In this document: positions 9,875-19,116 of the stretch, in pieces
How the letters are laid out: every line of letters starts with the position of its first letter
How positions within the stretch are numbered: the first letter of the stretch is position 1
Assembly: GCA_041660765.1 (NCBI GenBank)
Contig: JBAZVR010000003.1
Location: 20,242 to 84,241 of the forward strand
Source of the DNA: Candidatus Babeliaceae bacterium
Lineage (GTDB): Bacteria > Babelota > Babeliae > Babelales > Babelaceae
Length of the DNA: 64,000 nucleotides
Reading direction: 5' to 3'
The notes under the pieces: model-generated
The model's database searches: none
What the model was told of the DNA's origin: nothing
What the model saw: the letters and a program-made list of their open reading frames with translations, nothing else
Position numbers and translations under genes: made by a program

Positions 9875-11965
9875 ATGATGAAAAAAGCGATGCTTGTTAT
9901 TTCTCTATGTACGGTTATGACACTCAAACCAGCGAGCTATTGGGACACTATTACAACAATGTTTCGTGCAGCAGAACATAAAATTACGGCAATTGCTAGC
10001 GCGTTTAAGTCTAAAGCAATTAATGCTCAGCAAAGTATTACTGAAACTTATCGTAAGTTTCGTCAAACTAAAAAAACCCAGCCATTTAAAGCACCAGAGC
10101 AAAAAACATTTGTGTATGATGATTTTTATGATGAGGGCAAGACATATACCGATAGGATTGCCTTGATTAAATCTGATCCTGATACATACAAAGATGCTAA
10201 GTATCATGGCGATCCGCTTATTATATGGGAAATTAATAACCTTGAACCATGTAGTATTAACAATAATGAGATTAAGCAATATGGTAGAATGGAAGCGCTT
10301 CGTAAGAAAAGTGAAGGATGTAGTCTTGATGTCATCAATACATTACTTGCATCTGAGGCTGATGTTAACGCAACTGATACTGAGGGCATGACTCCCCTTA
10401 TGCATGCAATTAATAAGAGGCGTTTATGGATCGTACATCACTTATTAAGTGCTCAAAAACAAGACGTAATGGTGAAAGATAGGCGAGGCTTTACGGCCCT
10501 GATGTATGCTGCTGGTATCGATATAGATCTTGTTCCTGAAATTATAAAAAAAGTAGATGTTGAGCATAAAAATGAATACATAAATATGCAAAACGATGAG
10601 GGGAAAACTGCTCTAATAAGAGCTATTGAATTGAACCAGCCACTCATAGTTGAAGAACTCGTTAAAAGTGAGGCAGATGTTACTCCTGAAACGTTGAATA
10701 TGGCGGTAGAAAAATGGCGAAACTTTCAAAATACGGATAAAGAATATATAGCTGATTCCATTATCCGCCACCTACTTAAGGGATTATTTAATAAAGATAA
10801 CTTTATTTTTAGTGAATGGGACAATGATGGGGAGACTCTTCTTACCCGTGCAGCAGCCGATGGCAATTACAACATGGTACGCGACATATTATCAAAAAAA
10901 TATAACGCCGACAAAAACTTTACTAACAAAAGCGACAAAACTGCATTAGAGATAGCCGAAGCGGCAAAAAAGATAATTCCAGAAACGGATATTGAAAAAC
11001 ATAAGGCCTATGAAAAGATTATTACTCTACTTGGAGCGCCAAAGCATAAAGAACAAAAATCTGAGATGGTGCCAAATACAAAACAATCTTCACCACCAGC
11101 TCCTGTAAAACTTGAGCAAAAAACATTTGAGTATAAAAATTTTTATGGCGAGGGCAAGACATGTGACAATAGGATCGCATTGATTAAAGCTTATCCTGAT
11201 ACATGCAAAGATATTAAGTTTGATGGCGAGCCGCTTCTTATATGGGAGGTTAATGCGATGAAAAAATGTGGTATTGATGTCATCAATACATTACTTGCGC
11301 ATGGTGCAGATGTTAACGCCACTGATATTAATGGCATGACGGCTCTTATGCATGCAATTGATAAACGTGGTGCAAATAAATTTATAGACGCATTATTAGC
11401 GGCTCAAGGCCAAGATGTAACAAAAAAAGATAGGGGCGACAATACGGTGTTGATGTATGCTGCTTGGCGCAATATAGATTTTGTTAATAAAATTATAGAG
11501 AAAGTGTCTTCTGGTCGTCAAAAAGAATATGTAAAAGAATACATAAATACGCAAAATAACGAAAAAAAAACTGCCCTGATGCGGGCTGTTGAATATGGCA
11601 AGGCAGACATAGTTGAAACGCTCATTGGCCATGGAGCAGATGCCACTGCTAAAATGTTGCGTGTCACCATAGAGGCATTGCAAAAATTTCAAGGTAGTGA
11701 TCGAGAAGATGACGCTATGAAGACTACTAAGTTACTACTTGGCGCTTTGCTTGAAACAGATAAAGATAAGAATATTTTGAGTAGATCGATGGATGTCGGT
11801 GATCGTACTCTTCTTCAATCTGCAGTAATCAATGGCAATTATCCTATGGTACAAATATTAGTAGAAAAATATGGTGACAAAATAAGCGGGCAAAAACAGA
11901 AGGCGCTAGAGCTTGCTCAGAAAAATGACAAGATTATTAAATTGCTTGAGACGTTAAAAGATTAG
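9875..11965 (+). CDS. ankyrin-repeat protein, tandem paralog of 8003..9844, apparently a fusion of two units
   Basis: The leader is nearly identical to that of the preceding gene. ANK-like units are present. An internal copy of the C-terminal block of gene 1 (TALEIAEAAKKIIPETDIEKHKAYE.II.LL) is followed by a second unit. Confidence 0.85.
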   Translation: MMKKAMLVISLCTVMTLKPASYWDTITTMFRAAEHKITAIASAFKSKAINAQQSITETYRKFRQTKKTQPFKAPEQKTFVYDDFYDEGKTYTDRIALIKSDPDTYKDAKYHGDPLIIWEINNLEPCSINNNEIKQYGRMEALRKKSEGCSLDVINTLLASEADVNATDTEGMTPLMHAINKRRLWIVHHLLSAQKQDVMVKDRRGFTALMYAAGIDIDLVPEIIKKVDVEHKNEYINMQNDEGKTALIRAIELNQPLIVEELVKSEADVTPETLNMAVEKWRNFQNTDKEYIADSIIRHLLKGLFNKDNFIFSEWDNDGETLLTRAAADGNYNMVRDILSKKYNADKNFTNKSDKTALEIAEAAKKIIPETDIEKHKAYEKIITLLGAPKHKEQKSEMVPNTKQSSPPAPVKLEQKTFEYKNFYGEGKTCDNRIALIKAYPDTCKDIKFDGEPLLIWEVNAMKKCGIDVINTLLAHGADVNATDINGMTALMHAIDKRGANKFIDALLAAQGQDVTKKDRGDNTVLMYAAWRNIDFVNKIIEKVSSGRQKEYVKEYINTQNNEKKTALMRAVEYGKADIVETLIGHGADATAKMLRVTIEALQKFQGSDREDDAMKTTKLLLGALLETDKDKNILSRSMDVGDRTLLQSAVINGNYPMVQILVEKYGDKISGQKQKALELAQKNDKIIKLLETLKD

Positions 11966-11981
11966 TGCGTTGTAAAAAATG

Positions 11982-12410
11982 TTAATAATCCTGAATTTTT
12001 TTGTTGCGTAGTTTTTTGATGGTGCTTCGATGAGTTTTTGATTGTAAGCGGGCTTCTTTGGCAGATTTTGATATGCGCATGCGCTTACGCTTTTTGGGTA
12101 TGATAAGTGCTGTGCGCACCATTTCTGCTAGATTGGCGAATGCCATTTCTTTATTCTGTTGCTGGCTGCGCCCAGTACTATTATGAACAATCAAATCCCC
12201 CTCGGTCGTCAACTTTGACTGCAATTTTTCCATCACACGTGCTTTTTGAATCTCGCCCAGTGCACTCGTGTTGGGGATATTCCAGCGCAATGTTATTCGC
12301 GTGTTTGTTACATTAACATGCTGCCCACCCGGCCCACCAGATCTACTTGCGACAACTTCAAGTTCACTGCCTGGAATTACTATGCCATTCTTGATCGGCA
12401 AATCTTCCAT
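11982..12410 (-). CDS. arfB: peptidyl-tRNA hydrolase ArfB (class-I release-factor GGQ domain protein)
   Basis: GGQ motif (SGGPGGQHVNV), about 140 aa with a basic C-terminal tail. Start moved to ATG 12410, which is preceded by GAGGGA; the upstream extension of ORF 11982..12539 has no homology signal. Confidence 0.85.
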   Translation of the reverse strand: MEDLPIKNGIVIPGSELEVVASRSGGPGGQHVNVTNTRITLRWNIPNTSALGEIQKARVMEKLQSKLTTEGDLIVHNSTGRSQQQNKEMAFANLAEMVRTALIIPKKRKRMRISKSAKEARLQSKTHRSTIKKLRNKKIQDY

Positions 12411-12551
12411 ATTTCCCTCTTTTTTTGTACTTAAATCTATTATTATGGTACACAATTTTATCCAGGATAAGAAATAAACGCAGGCCGCTGACAAATCTAG
12501 CATAGCTATGTCATATTTGTCATGTATAGCCAAAAACAAAGATGGAGACGT

Positions 12552-12982
12552 ATGTTATTACAAAGAAATCTTGAGCCAATTATTATACAACGAGCCCAAA
12601 AAATGCCGGTCATTGTCATTTTGGGCCCACGACAATCGGGTAAAACAACTTTGGCAAGGGGTGCGTTCAAACAACATGCCTATGTTTCATTATTAAACAT
12701 TATTATAATAACGGAGAGCGCCCTCAAAATGTCTTTTTTTGGAAAAATCAAACGGGTAATGAAATAGACTGCATTATCCAAAAAGATAATAGGCTCATAC
12801 CTATAAAAATCAAAGCAAGTTCTACTATAGTAAGTGAATTTTTTAAAGTATTGTCCTATTGGCAAGCGATTACCAAAGATCAACACCTCGGATATGTGAT
12901 TTATGGTGGATCGAAAAATCAAGAATGGCCGCAGGGTATTGTCGTTAGCTGGAAAAATTTAGACGATATTTTTAAAAAATAA
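12552..12982 (+). pseudogene. remnant of an AAA-ATPase/DUF4143-family gene with a large internal deletion and frame disruption
   Basis: N-terminal about 55 aa with Walker A (MLLQRNLEPIIIQRAQKMPVIVILGPRQSGKTTLAR). In another frame, a C-terminal about 80 aa (WKNQTGNEIDCIIQKDNRLIPIKIKAS...VVSWKNLDDIFKK*) ends at 12982. The roughly 250 aa usually found between these parts are missing. Confidence 0.7.
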
Positions 12983-13051
12983 TTTTTTTCTTAATCTTTG
13001 TATATACTAGATTGCAATTTATTAACAATATTCTTACAACAGGAATTTATC

Positions 13052-13441
13052 GTGAATTATAAACATAGCATACTGTTAAGCTGTATTTTTGTAAGTGCGC
13101 TTTATAGCATGGAGGATGGAGATGTGCGCCATGTTGATCAAGCAATACGTGTCGAACAACGTGCACAAGATGCATATCTTCTGCAGGGATCTGCTGCAGG
13201 AGCGGGTGTTTTGGCGGTTATGTTAGTGCCGCAATCGCTCCCTTGGATTTCAATAGCGCATCAATGTATTGTATCTCAGTCGTATTCTTTCGGCATAGCT
13301 CCCGCTTGTGTTGATGCGGCACTTCCCCTTGTTCCACATGTAATACTCGGATCTATAATGAGTTATAATTTTGTTAAAGCCTATCGGTCTGAAAAAAAGA
13401 TAGGACAACTAAAAAAACAATTGATTTGCAAACATAAGTAA
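13052..13441 (+). CDS. hypothetical small membrane protein
   Basis: ORF 12998..13441. GTG 13052 is preceded by AGGAA. Hydrophobic segments are present. No family recognised. Confidence 0.35.
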   Translation: MNYKHSILLSCIFVSALYSMEDGDVRHVDQAIRVEQRAQDAYLLQGSAAGAGVLAVMLVPQSLPWISIAHQCIVSQSYSFGIAPACVDAALPLVPHVILGSIMSYNFVKAYRSEKKIGQLKKQLICKHK

Positions 13442-13453
13442 TAAATTTATGAG

Positions 13454-13480
13454 GGGCCCATTATTATAATGGGCCCTTTT
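13454..13480. terminator. hairpin between convergent genes
   Basis: GGGCCCAT (13454-61) ... ATGGGCCC (13469-76), then TTTT (13477-80). Lies between the stop at 13441 (+) and the stop at 13485 (-). Confidence 0.6.
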
Positions 13481-13484
13481 TAAA

Positions 13485-16400
13485 TTATACTTTACCAAGC
13501 GTTAGTGATTTCAACACCTGGCGAGCAACTTCTTCAGCGCTATGAGCGGCTTTTTCTTTACTGCTCAAATCAAGTTCAAGATCAAGTTTATATTCTTTGT
13601 TAAGCAGCATATACGTCAATTTAACATGTGGTAATTTTCCACGAACAAAATTTTGCAATGATTCTTCTATCAAGCATTCTTTTACAAAAAACACTTTTTC
13701 TGGCAATTCAAGAATCTGACTTGCTCCTTCTCCCAATGCCTTAGTCACTTCTGCGCCAGCGGTCATTGTTCCTTTTGCCGTTTCCCGTGCTGCAATAGTG
13801 GATCCTTTGGCAATTTCTAGACCCGTTACTTCAAAGCCTAATTTTATTATTTCGGGAGAATTTTTGATACCCTCGATAACATTTCCAGAAAGACTATCTA
13901 TTTTCTTTTTTCTTTCATTAATTTGTCGGTCAAAATCACGTATTTGGTTATTAAGAACATCAAGTTTGTCACGTTCTTTTGTAATTGTTTTGACCGCGCC
14001 TCCTACTTTACCGCGTAATTCAGAAGACACTTTATCCAATTCACGGAATACTTTTTCTTCCAAGAATTTAAAGATATCATTCTTCATGGTGCTTTTAAAA
14101 TACACATCAGGATTTTTGATGCTACCGCGCGTATATATATGAGTAGCCGCTTCAAAGATTCCCCATAGCTTACCTTCTAAGAAGCAGTTATAACCATCTT
14201 TATCCAGTGTTATCTGCGTTTGTTCGCTCATGCCCAGAAACTCAACTACACCAGAAATAATAAAATGTTGATCGCTCATATTGAGCGCGCAACTGATAAT
14301 GGCACCATCATCAGGTGTGCCAAATTTTTTATCACGGCCGGTTCCTGTGAGTTTAAATATCCCTCCAAGATTAATAGGAGATAGGTATCCTTCTATCAAT
14401 AAGCCTGATTTGCTGACACTGATAACAAGATGTGCATCAACGCCCAATATTTTACATGCGCCTTTAATCGTGAAGCCTTGCAATATAACAATTTCCCCAA
14501 TGCGTACGGGTTGCGGGGCAAGAGTAACCTCTATATCTTTAAATTCTATATCAACCAGTTGTTTAACCACGGGCGCATTCATAATAACGTTGAATTCTCG
14601 GGTAATATCATCAATTGTTTTATTTGCTGCTGTTGATTTTGTAACTGCATGGGCAACCGTCTTTATACTATTAGCAGCAAGCGTTTCACAGGTTTCTAAA
14701 ACTTCTCGCATCGTTATTGTACCCTCAAGCTTGCCCTGCAGCGCGAAATCTTTAACATTTGTTGTATCAAACTTACCCGCAAGAGTTATCTTTTTAAGAT
14801 TCGGAATTTTGCCAAGTTCTATAGTGCCTATCATACCTAAAGCAGACGGCAATCCGCTTGCGATAAGCAACTTATAATTCGCATTAACTTGTATAGCAAG
14901 ATTACTGAGAGCAAGACCATTGATGCCAAAGACATTTTCCCATACGCCTTGCAGAGTAAATGCAACAATTGCTTCTTCAGTGCCCATATTAAATCGGCCA
15001 GTTAATGTTAGCGGCCCGTCTTGAGATGATGGTATAAAGGTAAAGGCAACTATAATCGCAACGCTTGGCGTACCACGTATTTCTACCCATGTTCCTGCTG
15101 ATTTAAATGGCCCTTTGCCGCTCAGTTTAATAAGATCGGGTAATCCAACGCCAAATAGTACATTATCTGGGTTCCAACTTACAGTTCCATAGAGTGAAGC
15201 TGTTTCTAGTCCTGCTTCATATTCTTTAAGAAAGGGGAGCAGTTTTTTTAGATTAATTTCACCATAGACGGAAACGCCGGGGCGCAATTCTATTCCGGGT
15301 GTAATGCCAATACTTGGACGGCCGGATACGGTTGCACCAGCTCCTGCTCCAGGAATCATTTGTGTTGCAATGCTATAGTCGATATACCGGATGCTCGAAA
15401 TATATGCATATGCTTTTTTTATTTCTAAAAAATCAAGTGTTTTTAATGTCGGAAAGCTATCAGAAAATTTCCAGACTTTAGGCAAACCGGCTTGCAATAC
15501 AAGGCCACTATTACCCGGTTCTAGATTAATGAATAGTCGTACCATAAGCGGTATATTAAATATGGATCCTGAACCATCGACAAAAAAGTTAGCTATTCCA
15601 GCAGGGCTAATATAAAAACCAAGTTCGCTGTTATCAAGTGTGATGCTGTGTACAATTTTGCCCATAATAGCATCAACAGCATCCATAGAAATATCACCAA
15701 ATGGTTTATAATCCGGTGTATCTAATCGCGCGGTAAAGAGCGCTCCACCAACTATTGATTGTGCTCCTATTGCAAATTTATTACGGAACACTTTTTCTAT
15801 AATTTTCTCCCTCAGTTGTTTTTTCGCTACTTGTTCTTGAGGTGTTTCTTGACTACTTTTTGCTTGTAATTCTTGGGCGCGTTCAGCTTGTTGCAGCTCA
15901 CTCTTTTTTGTTATAACTTTATCTGATGGCGCGGCAAATTTTTCTCCAAATTCCTGAAGTTGTGGTCCTCCCACCGCGGCCACGGGTTCTTCTTTAAACA
16001 GATATAAGTTTTTTTTAGCCTTATCCCAAACAAGCACATCTCCGCTCTGCGCTCGATGAGTAGGTACTTCAGGGTCCAGTTTGCCACCTCCAATAAGCTC
16101 GGCAGCGTATTTAGGGCTCACTTTACCTATGTAACCATTTTTTGCGGCATGTTCTTGTTCTTCAATGGGTGTCTTTGGAAGAGCTTTTTCTGGTGGAGCT
16201 TCTTCTTTTATCTTAACAGCAGCTTTTTGAGTTTTTTCTAACTCTTGCGGCTGCAACTCTCTTGCCAGCTTATTAAGCTCTTCTTGCAAATGCGCTTTTT
16301 CAGCCGCAGTGGTCGGTTGTCTTTTTGCCGCCTCTTGCTCCTGAAGTTTCTGCACATTCTTTAATCCCTGAGCTTGCTCTTCTTCCATCACAGGGATAGC

Positions 16401-19040
16401 CGGCGTTGATTTTTCCCGTATTGCTTTAGAGCCTTGCTGCGGTTCAGATTCTGCAGTATAGGGCCCATAGTTAGAGTGGTATGCTGTTTTGAATGCTTCC
16501 CCTAGCATATACGGTTCAAAAATTTCAGCGCCTGGCTTATAAAGAAATCTTCTTCCATGAGCTTCGATTAATATATTTCCCGCTTGTGTAATACTTTTTT
16601 TAATGACACTGTCGCTCACAGGACTTTTATAAGTTTCTGTGCTTTTGAGAATAGGACCTTCTTTGCCGGTTAATTCTTGCATAAGTAAGTTGCCCATTTT
16701 TTCACGATTCATTTTTATTTGGTTTTCAGCTTGTCGTCGTGCTTTTACTATTTTGGTTTCTAATAAATTTGCTAGCTGTTTGTCGGTGTATTTACCAGAA
16801 TTAACCAGTTTTTCGGCAGCCGCTTTGAAATTGCTCTCTGTTATTTGTTCAATTGGGCCGTTGAAAAGTTTTTCAAATTCTGGAATAACAATAAGCTTCT
16901 GTAGTTCTTGGGGGCTATACCATGTAGTTACTTTTTCTGGGAGTATAATTTTTTTGCCAGTACTATCAACAATATAAGCCTCATTTTTGCTGGTTCTCAA
17001 GTAGCCATCTTCTTGTGTTGCTAAACGGGGTTTAACTTGAGCTGATAAACGAGGGGTAAGGTTTAAAAGTTGTTCTTTAGTAAAATTTTTAACATCTTCT
17101 GTAAAAAGAAATATACGGCCGCCTTGTCCAACCATGACATTTCCATCTACAGTTATTGATAATCCACCCGCGGTTACTTCTTTTATCTTTGGAAGCTGCA
17201 CATTTTTATCTAGTCCAGACATTTCACCCAGATAAGCACCCTGAGCCTTGACCAAAATTGGGTCAAAAACATTCAATTCAAAAGATTCTTCTTCAGCCTG
17301 TGGACGTATAGGCTCTTTATCAACCTCTTTGCCTTGCTTCAGCAGTTTTTCTTTTAACACATTTAATTCATCGATGGTCTGTTTTTTTACAACCGCTTGT
17401 TGTGATGTTTTTGATTCTAATATTTCTGATATCTGTTGGTCGGTGTATTTATGAGAATCAACCAGTTTTTTGGTAACTTCTAGTAAATTTCTCGCCGTTA
17501 GTTGATCATCTCGGCCGCTCAAAAGTTCTTTAAATTCTGGGATAACGATAATATTTTGTAGCTGTTGTGGGTTATATAATGTAGTTACTTTTGCTGGCAT
17601 CGTTATTTTATTACCGGCATTATCAACAACGTAAACTCTATTGTTGCTGGTTCTTAAATAACCGTTTTTATCAGGACGAGTAAAATATTTTTCTTTAACA
17701 TTATTTACAAATGATTTGATCTGATCTGAATCGAATTTTTGTAGAGCTGCTTCATCTAAGTAATAGCCGGTTCTTAAATCAACAGCCATAACGTATCTCA
17801 GGCCAGTTTTTTTATTACGATACAACCAATCATTTAGTTTCTTCCAATCCTTATTTCCAGGTTGATATTTTTCAGCGTCTGATGGCAAAACAACATAATC
17901 TTCTAATGTGTTTCCAAGTACTTGTGAAGCTCGAGGTTTATTAGCTTCTTCTTGCTGAGTTGCTGGTTTTGATAGTTTTGTTTCTAATAGATCTGACAGC
18001 TGACTCTCAGTGTATTTACGAGCCTCAACCAGTTTTTTGGTGATTGCTAGTAAATTTTTTGCTGTTATTTGTTCAGCCGGACCGCTTAAAAGTTCTTTAA
18101 ATTCTGGGATAGCAATAATATCTTGTAGTTGTTGCTGGCTATATAATGTAGTTATTTTTGCTGGGAGTATTATTTTTTTACCAGCATCATCAATAACATA
18201 CACTCTGTTTTTAGAGGTTCTTAAATAGCCATCTTTATCCGGAGTAGTGTAAAATTCTTCTTCGAGTGATTGTTGTTTGAGTTCAGCCTTTTGAACAACG
18301 CCTGCTGGTTGTTGCAATATGTTGGATCCTGCTTTTTCATACAAACTTTCGGCAGTATATTTTTTATCACTAATTAATTTTTTTGCCGCTTCTCTTACAT
18401 TAGTTTTGAATGTTTCTATATTTTTGAAGGGGCGGCTTAAAATCTCTTTAAATTCTGGGATAGTAATAATATTTTGTAATTCGTTTTGGTTAAATAATGT
18501 AGTTATTTGTGCTGGAAATACTATTTTTTTACCGGCATCATCAACAACGTAAACTCTATTTTCGCTTGTTCTTAAATAACCTTCTTTATCAGGAGTAGTA
18601 TAAAATTTTTCTTCAAGCTTACCTGGCTGCATGACCTGTTGCCGTGCAGTTTCTTCAAATTTTTTTTGCGCATCTTTTTTTGCTTGGGCAGCAACACTAC
18701 TCGGTTGAATCGTTGTAGCCGTTTGTGATTGAGTGGTTGCAAACAGTGCCGCTGTCATAATAAGCTTTTTATTCGTTGCAATGCCAGGAAGTGATAATCC
18801 TGAAATATCCATCGTTCCGCTGAGTTGTACATAGGCCGGCATGCTTATGGTTGCTTCAACGCTTTCTAGTGTCACGTCTTCGAGTCTTACATTTTTTAGT
18901 TTGCTTGATTGTGTAGCTGGAATAAGATCAGGAAGTTTGAGCAGTTTAACAACAGTTCCCTGCGGTATTTTATTTAAATTAAAATCAATGGTGTAAGTAT
19001 AAAAAATAGCGCTTAACAATATAATAAGTATTTTTTTCAT
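13485..19040 (-). CDS. giant (1851 aa) secreted repeat protein of unknown function
   Basis: Uninterrupted ORF with AGGAGAG upstream of the ATG and a signal peptide (MKKILIILLSAIFYTYT). Contains four repeats of about 95 aa, a Lys/Glu/Gln-rich linker, a beta-rich region of about 700 aa and a C-terminal coiled-coil-like segment. Confidence 0.85.
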   Translation of the reverse strand: MKKILIILLSAIFYTYTIDFNLNKIPQGTVVKLLKLPDLIPATQSSKLKNVRLEDVTLESVEATISMPAYVQLSGTMDISGLSLPGIATNKKLIMTAALFATTQSQTATTIQPSSVAAQAKKDAQKKFEETARQQVMQPGKLEEKFYTTPDKEGYLRTSENRVYVVDDAGKKIVFPAQITTLFNQNELQNIITIPEFKEILSRPFKNIETFKTNVREAAKKLISDKKYTAESLYEKAGSNILQQPAGVVQKAELKQQSLEEEFYTTPDKDGYLRTSKNRVYVIDDAGKKIILPAKITTLYSQQQLQDIIAIPEFKELLSGPAEQITAKNLLAITKKLVEARKYTESQLSDLLETKLSKPATQQEEANKPRASQVLGNTLEDYVVLPSDAEKYQPGNKDWKKLNDWLYRNKKTGLRYVMAVDLRTGYYLDEAALQKFDSDQIKSFVNNVKEKYFTRPDKNGYLRTSNNRVYVVDNAGNKITMPAKVTTLYNPQQLQNIIVIPEFKELLSGRDDQLTARNLLEVTKKLVDSHKYTDQQISEILESKTSQQAVVKKQTIDELNVLKEKLLKQGKEVDKEPIRPQAEEESFELNVFDPILVKAQGAYLGEMSGLDKNVQLPKIKEVTAGGLSITVDGNVMVGQGGRIFLFTEDVKNFTKEQLLNLTPRLSAQVKPRLATQEDGYLRTSKNEAYIVDSTGKKIILPEKVTTWYSPQELQKLIVIPEFEKLFNGPIEQITESNFKAAAEKLVNSGKYTDKQLANLLETKIVKARRQAENQIKMNREKMGNLLMQELTGKEGPILKSTETYKSPVSDSVIKKSITQAGNILIEAHGRRFLYKPGAEIFEPYMLGEAFKTAYHSNYGPYTAESEPQQGSKAIREKSTPAIPVMEEEQAQGLKNVQKLQEQEAAKRQPTTAAEKAHLQEELNKLARELQPQELEKTQKAAVKIKEEAPPEKALPKTPIEEQEHAAKNGYIGKVSPKYAAELIGGGKLDPEVPTHRAQSGDVLVWDKAKKNLYLFKEEPVAAVGGPQLQEFGEKFAAPSDKVITKKSELQQAERAQELQAKSSQETPQEQVAKKQLREKIIEKVFRNKFAIGAQSIVGGALFTARLDTPDYKPFGDISMDAVDAIMGKIVHSITLDNSELGFYISPAGIANFFVDGSGSIFNIPLMVRLFINLEPGNSGLVLQAGLPKVWKFSDSFPTLKTLDFLEIKKAYAYISSIRYIDYSIATQMIPGAGAGATVSGRPSIGITPGIELRPGVSVYGEINLKKLLPFLKEYEAGLETASLYGTVSWNPDNVLFGVGLPDLIKLSGKGPFKSAGTWVEIRGTPSVAIIVAFTFIPSSQDGPLTLTGRFNMGTEEAIVAFTLQGVWENVFGINGLALSNLAIQVNANYKLLIASGLPSALGMIGTIELGKIPNLKKITLAGKFDTTNVKDFALQGKLEGTITMREVLETCETLAANSIKTVAHAVTKSTAANKTIDDITREFNVIMNAPVVKQLVDIEFKDIEVTLAPQPVRIGEIVILQGFTIKGACKILGVDAHLVISVSKSGLLIEGYLSPINLGGIFKLTGTGRDKKFGTPDDGAIISCALNMSDQHFIISGVVEFLGMSEQTQITLDKDGYNCFLEGKLWGIFEAATHIYTRGSIKNPDVYFKSTMKNDIFKFLEEKVFRELDKVSSELRGKVGGAVKTITKERDKLDVLNNQIRDFDRQINERKKKIDSLSGNVIEGIKNSPEIIKLGFEVTGLEIAKGSTIAARETAKGTMTAGAEVTKALGEGASQILELPEKVFFVKECLIEESLQNFVRGKLPHVKLTYMLLNKEYKLDLELDLSSKEKAAHSAEEVARQVLKSLTLGKV
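16746..18608 (-). repeat. four coding repeats of about 95 aa inside the 1851-aa gene
   Basis: Units at about 18321-18608, 17970-18257, 17403-17690 and 16746-17015. Consensus: (F)YTTPDK.GYLRTS.NRVYV.D.AGKKI..PAK.TTLY..Q.LQ.II.IPEFKELLSGP..QIT..NLL...KKLV...KYT..Q....LE.K. Confidence 0.85.
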
Positions 19041-19116
19041 AAACTCTCCTGTAAATAAATCACATACAAAAGTTTAAAAAAATGACGTATTTAAACGCAA
19101 GATAAATAAAATTAAT

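Noticed and set aside
12107-12477. Small plus-strand ORFs opposite arfB, and similar 60-120 aa ORFs nested antisense in thyX, rho, secF, tsaD, mutL, the ankyrin genes and others
   Set aside because: They are fully contained within, and antisense or out of frame to, well-supported conserved genes. They have no ribosome-binding sites and give compositionally odd translations.
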